Positions 61,990 through 64,000 of a stretch of 64,000 nt of DNA are shown here, piece after piece. The notes beneath the pieces were generated by a model, which did not search any database, had not been told where the DNA came from, and was given only the letters and a program-made list of their open reading frames with translations. Each line of letters opens with the position of its first letter. Position 1 is the stretch's first letter. A program made the position numbers and the translations under genes. Origin of the DNA: Candidatus Bathyarchaeota archaeon (GTDB lineage: Archaea; Thermoproteota; Bathyarchaeia; Bathyarchaeales; Bathyarchaeaceae); NCBI GenBank assembly GCA_050123155.1, contig JASFHP010000005.1, positions 16,551 through 80,550 on the forward strand. Direction: 5' to 3'.

Positions 61990-63369
61990 TTAACTAATGT
62001 TATCCCATGGTCCAGGCCAATCAGGAAAAGTGATGGTTGCTCCTGCTTCTTCCATGATCTTTCTGGGATCAACAGGCACTTGGACTCCATCTTGCCACTG
62101 AAAACCCATAACAATGGGATAATCTGCGTTTGGATCGTTAGCGTCCTTTCCCATCATTAAAGCATGTGATTCAGTGAAAACAAAATTCCTTGCATTAGAG
62201 GTTTCAACACTAGTCTCCTCCAAAGCCTCAATAACAGCATCAGTATCAATGGTCCCAGCTCGCTCAATGGCATCAGCCAAAACGAATTTAATTCCATCAT
62301 AATAATTAGCTCCACCCCAAGTAATAGTCTCACCCCACCTATTCATGTACGCATCTCTGGTCTGCAAAGTTTTGCTAGTAAACGGATAACCGGCAGTAGT
62401 TGGAACAGTACCAAAATCCATATGATTACACTTTCCCTCCGTCCACTCCCAACCATTAGGATTAGAAGCCAACGAATTCACTCCCCCAAAAACAAGCATT
62501 GGAGATTGGCGATCATAATACTCCTTACAGAAAGGTATCCCCCCATCTAATGCAATCAGTGGGAGCAACACTTCTACTCCTGCAGATTCAGCAGCAGAAA
62601 AATAACTTGAAAAATCGACAGTTCCTAATGGAAAAGTTCCTTTGTATACCAGCTCAAAACCATTTTCTGGAAGAAAAACATCAAATGCTTCTCTAGTTTC
62701 CTTATTCCATTCTAAATCTTCAGCCAAATAACCAATCTTGTTAAATCCCGTCAGTTCTCTGATATGTATCATGCTGTCTGTCATCCCTAACTTCCCACTA
62801 GTAGCATTGAACTGGATGCTGAAATAATACTTGAATGTGTCATAGTCATCCAGAACCCTCTGGGTTATTTCGTCAGGATTAGTAGCTCCTGCAATACAGA
62901 TAATTTTGTGTTGGGCAATGATGTCCTGGACTGAAGTTTCTGCCTGACCACCAACGCCTCCCACAATAAAATCTACCTTATGAACTGTTATTAGTCTGGT
63001 TAAGGCATTAGTCAGAACAACTGGATCTCCCCCGCCATCATCATCCTCACCGATCAATTCTACTTGCCTGCCCAGTATTCCTCCTTCTGCGTTGATTTCC
63101 TCGACAGCCAGTATTGCACCTTGCCAATAGGGTCTACCCAATACGCCATCCAAATCACCTAAGAAACCAATCTTGATTGGTTCAGAAGTCTGGTTTTCTC
63201 CACTTAACAATACATAAGCAGTTCCTCCTCCTACTGCAGCAACAGCAATTATGGCAATCAGAATAATTGATTGAATCTTTGTTAATGCTTTGGAATCTAA
63301 CAATGTTCTCCCTTTGTACCTTGGTATTCTTGTATAAATATTAAAATATTTTCTATTGCCTGAAGTCAC
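61990..63369 (-). CDS. ABC transporter substrate-binding protein (type I periplasmic-binding fold, LivJ/K-like) with N-terminal anchor
   Basis: N-terminal helix IILIAIIAVAAVGGGTAYVLL, then IKIGFLGDLDGVLGRPYWQGAILAVEEINAEGGILGRQVEL, typical of the branched-chain amino-acid-binding family. Confidence 0.75.
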   Translation of the reverse strand: MTSGNRKYFNIYTRIPRYKGRTLLDSKALTKIQSIILIAIIAVAAVGGGTAYVLLSGENQTSEPIKIGFLGDLDGVLGRPYWQGAILAVEEINAEGGILGRQVELIGEDDDGGGDPVVLTNALTRLITVHKVDFIVGGVGGQAETSVQDIIAQHKIICIAGATNPDEITQRVLDDYDTFKYYFSIQFNATSGKLGMTDSMIHIRELTGFNKIGYLAEDLEWNKETREAFDVFLPENGFELVYKGTFPLGTVDFSSYFSAAESAGVEVLLPLIALDGGIPFCKEYYDRQSPMLVFGGVNSLASNPNGWEWTEGKCNHMDFGTVPTTAGYPFTSKTLQTRDAYMNRWGETITWGGANYYDGIKFVLADAIERAGTIDTDAVIEALEETSVETSNARNFVFTESHALMMGKDANDPNADYPIVMGFQWQDGVQVPVDPRKIMEEAGATITFPDWPGPWDNIS

Positions 63370-63405
63370 AACAAATTATTTCAATACTAACAAAGTAGTA
63401 ATGGG

Positions 63406-64000
63406 TTGTTGATAGCTTTGAATAACGCTAGCTTGGAGTCCCTTTTGGATAAAGCAAAAGATTGCGAAAATAAATATGAATGGCTCCAGGCTATAGAGTA
63501 TTATAACAAAATTCTGGATTTAATCTCAAAAGAAAACAATCTTTCTGAAGCTATTGTATTTTATGAGAGAATAGGTTTTTGTTATTTTAGATCAAGTCTT
63601 CAAGCTAAAAAAATTGAACTGAATAAGGATAGAATGAATCTGGCTGTAAAAGCCCATGAAAAGGCTGTGAGAATAGCTGAAACATTAAACGAAAAAAACA
63701 ATCAATCTATAATAAATCATAACTTGGGATGGATTACTTTCCTAAAAGCTTGGATTGAAACTAATTTATTCAAAAAGAAAGTCTTATTGGATGAATGGTG
63801 GAAACTTTGGAAAAAGAATTTGCAAATTTTCAATGAAGTAGATGATCAAAAGTCAGTTGGAATAGTCTACAACAATCTTCTTGAATTTTGCAGAGTAGAT
63901 AGATTCTTTGTTGTAGCTGATCATTCAGAAAATGAGAAAATTGCAGAAGAATGTATTCAAATGGGCGAGAAAGCTATTAAAATATTTTCAAAAGAAAACA
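63406..64000 (+). CDS. TPR-like helical repeat protein, N-terminal fragment (runs off the window)
   Basis: Hand translation from TTG 63406/63409/63418 stays open to 64000: ..LESLLDKAKDCENKYEWLQAIEYYNKILDL..AIVFYERIGFCYF... It is not in the track because it is edge-truncated. Confidence 0.55.
   Translation, partial: MLIALNNASLESLLDKAKDCENKYEWLQAIEYYNKILDLISKENNLSEAIVFYERIGFCYFRSSLQAKKIELNKDRMNLAVKAHEKAVRIAETLNEKNNQSIINHNLGWITFLKAWIETNLFKKKVLLDEWWKLWKKNLQIFNEVDDQKSVGIVYNNLLEFCRVDRFFVVADHSENEKIAEECIQMGEKAIKIFSKEN

Overview
Archaeal chromosomal window. Evidence for Archaea: RadA recombinase, Trm1, class II B12-dependent RNR, UPF0147/UPF0148 proteins, archaeal-type CbiZ cobinamide salvage, and a tRNA-Glu with encoded CCA. 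The lineage cannot be fixed without a search; a TACK/Bathyarchaeia-like genome is only a guess. The window has three parts. (1) Positions 1-26.2 kb form a surface-glycan/glycosylation island with patchy composition (AT-rich blocks at about 1-10 kb and 18.9-22.3 kb). It holds two minus-strand operons of the same architecture: AbrB-like small protein, then a 131-135 aa helical protein, a processive-type GT2, a DPM1-like GT2, further transferases, and finally a giant polytopic membrane protein. These operons bracket a nucleotide-sugar operon (rmlA, rmlC-like, SDR, rmlD, MDH-like, wecB) and two more large membrane proteins. (2) Positions 26.2-51.7 kb are mixed housekeeping and unknown genes. They include a GIY-YIG/zinc-ribbon fusion, nitroreductase, THEP1-like NTPase, trm1, radA, cbiZ/cbiB, a secreted repeat protein, tRNA-Glu(UUC), an HD dNTPase-like protein, tmk, HD and YegP proteins, a GH3-like enzyme, nrdJ, trpB2 and ACT-domain regulators. 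(3) Positions 51.8-60.8 kb carry a complete his operon, hisZ-G-D-C-(HAD)-B-H-A-F-IE, followed by a polyprenyl synthase, an ABC substrate-binding protein and an edge-truncated TPR-like ORF. The supplied ORF track omits edge-truncated ORFs (1-2564 minus, 63406-64000 plus) and ORFs under 60 aa, including the second AbrB-like gene at 26045-26191. The first AbrB-like gene appears in the track only as the over-extended 7223-7591 ORF. The observations most worth follow-up are: the duplicated AbrB/helical-protein leader module of the two glycan operons; several genes whose homology-supported N-termini begin at NTA codons overlapping the upstream stop (ATAA, GTAA, ATAG); a 50-65 bp dispersed intergenic repeat with a palindromic core, seen four times; two glycan genes with extreme G/T third-position bias and abrupt internal switches; and a large-capped HAD protein sitting where the his operon lacks a histidinol-phosphatase. 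All functional calls rest on motif recognition by eye; no database search was possible.
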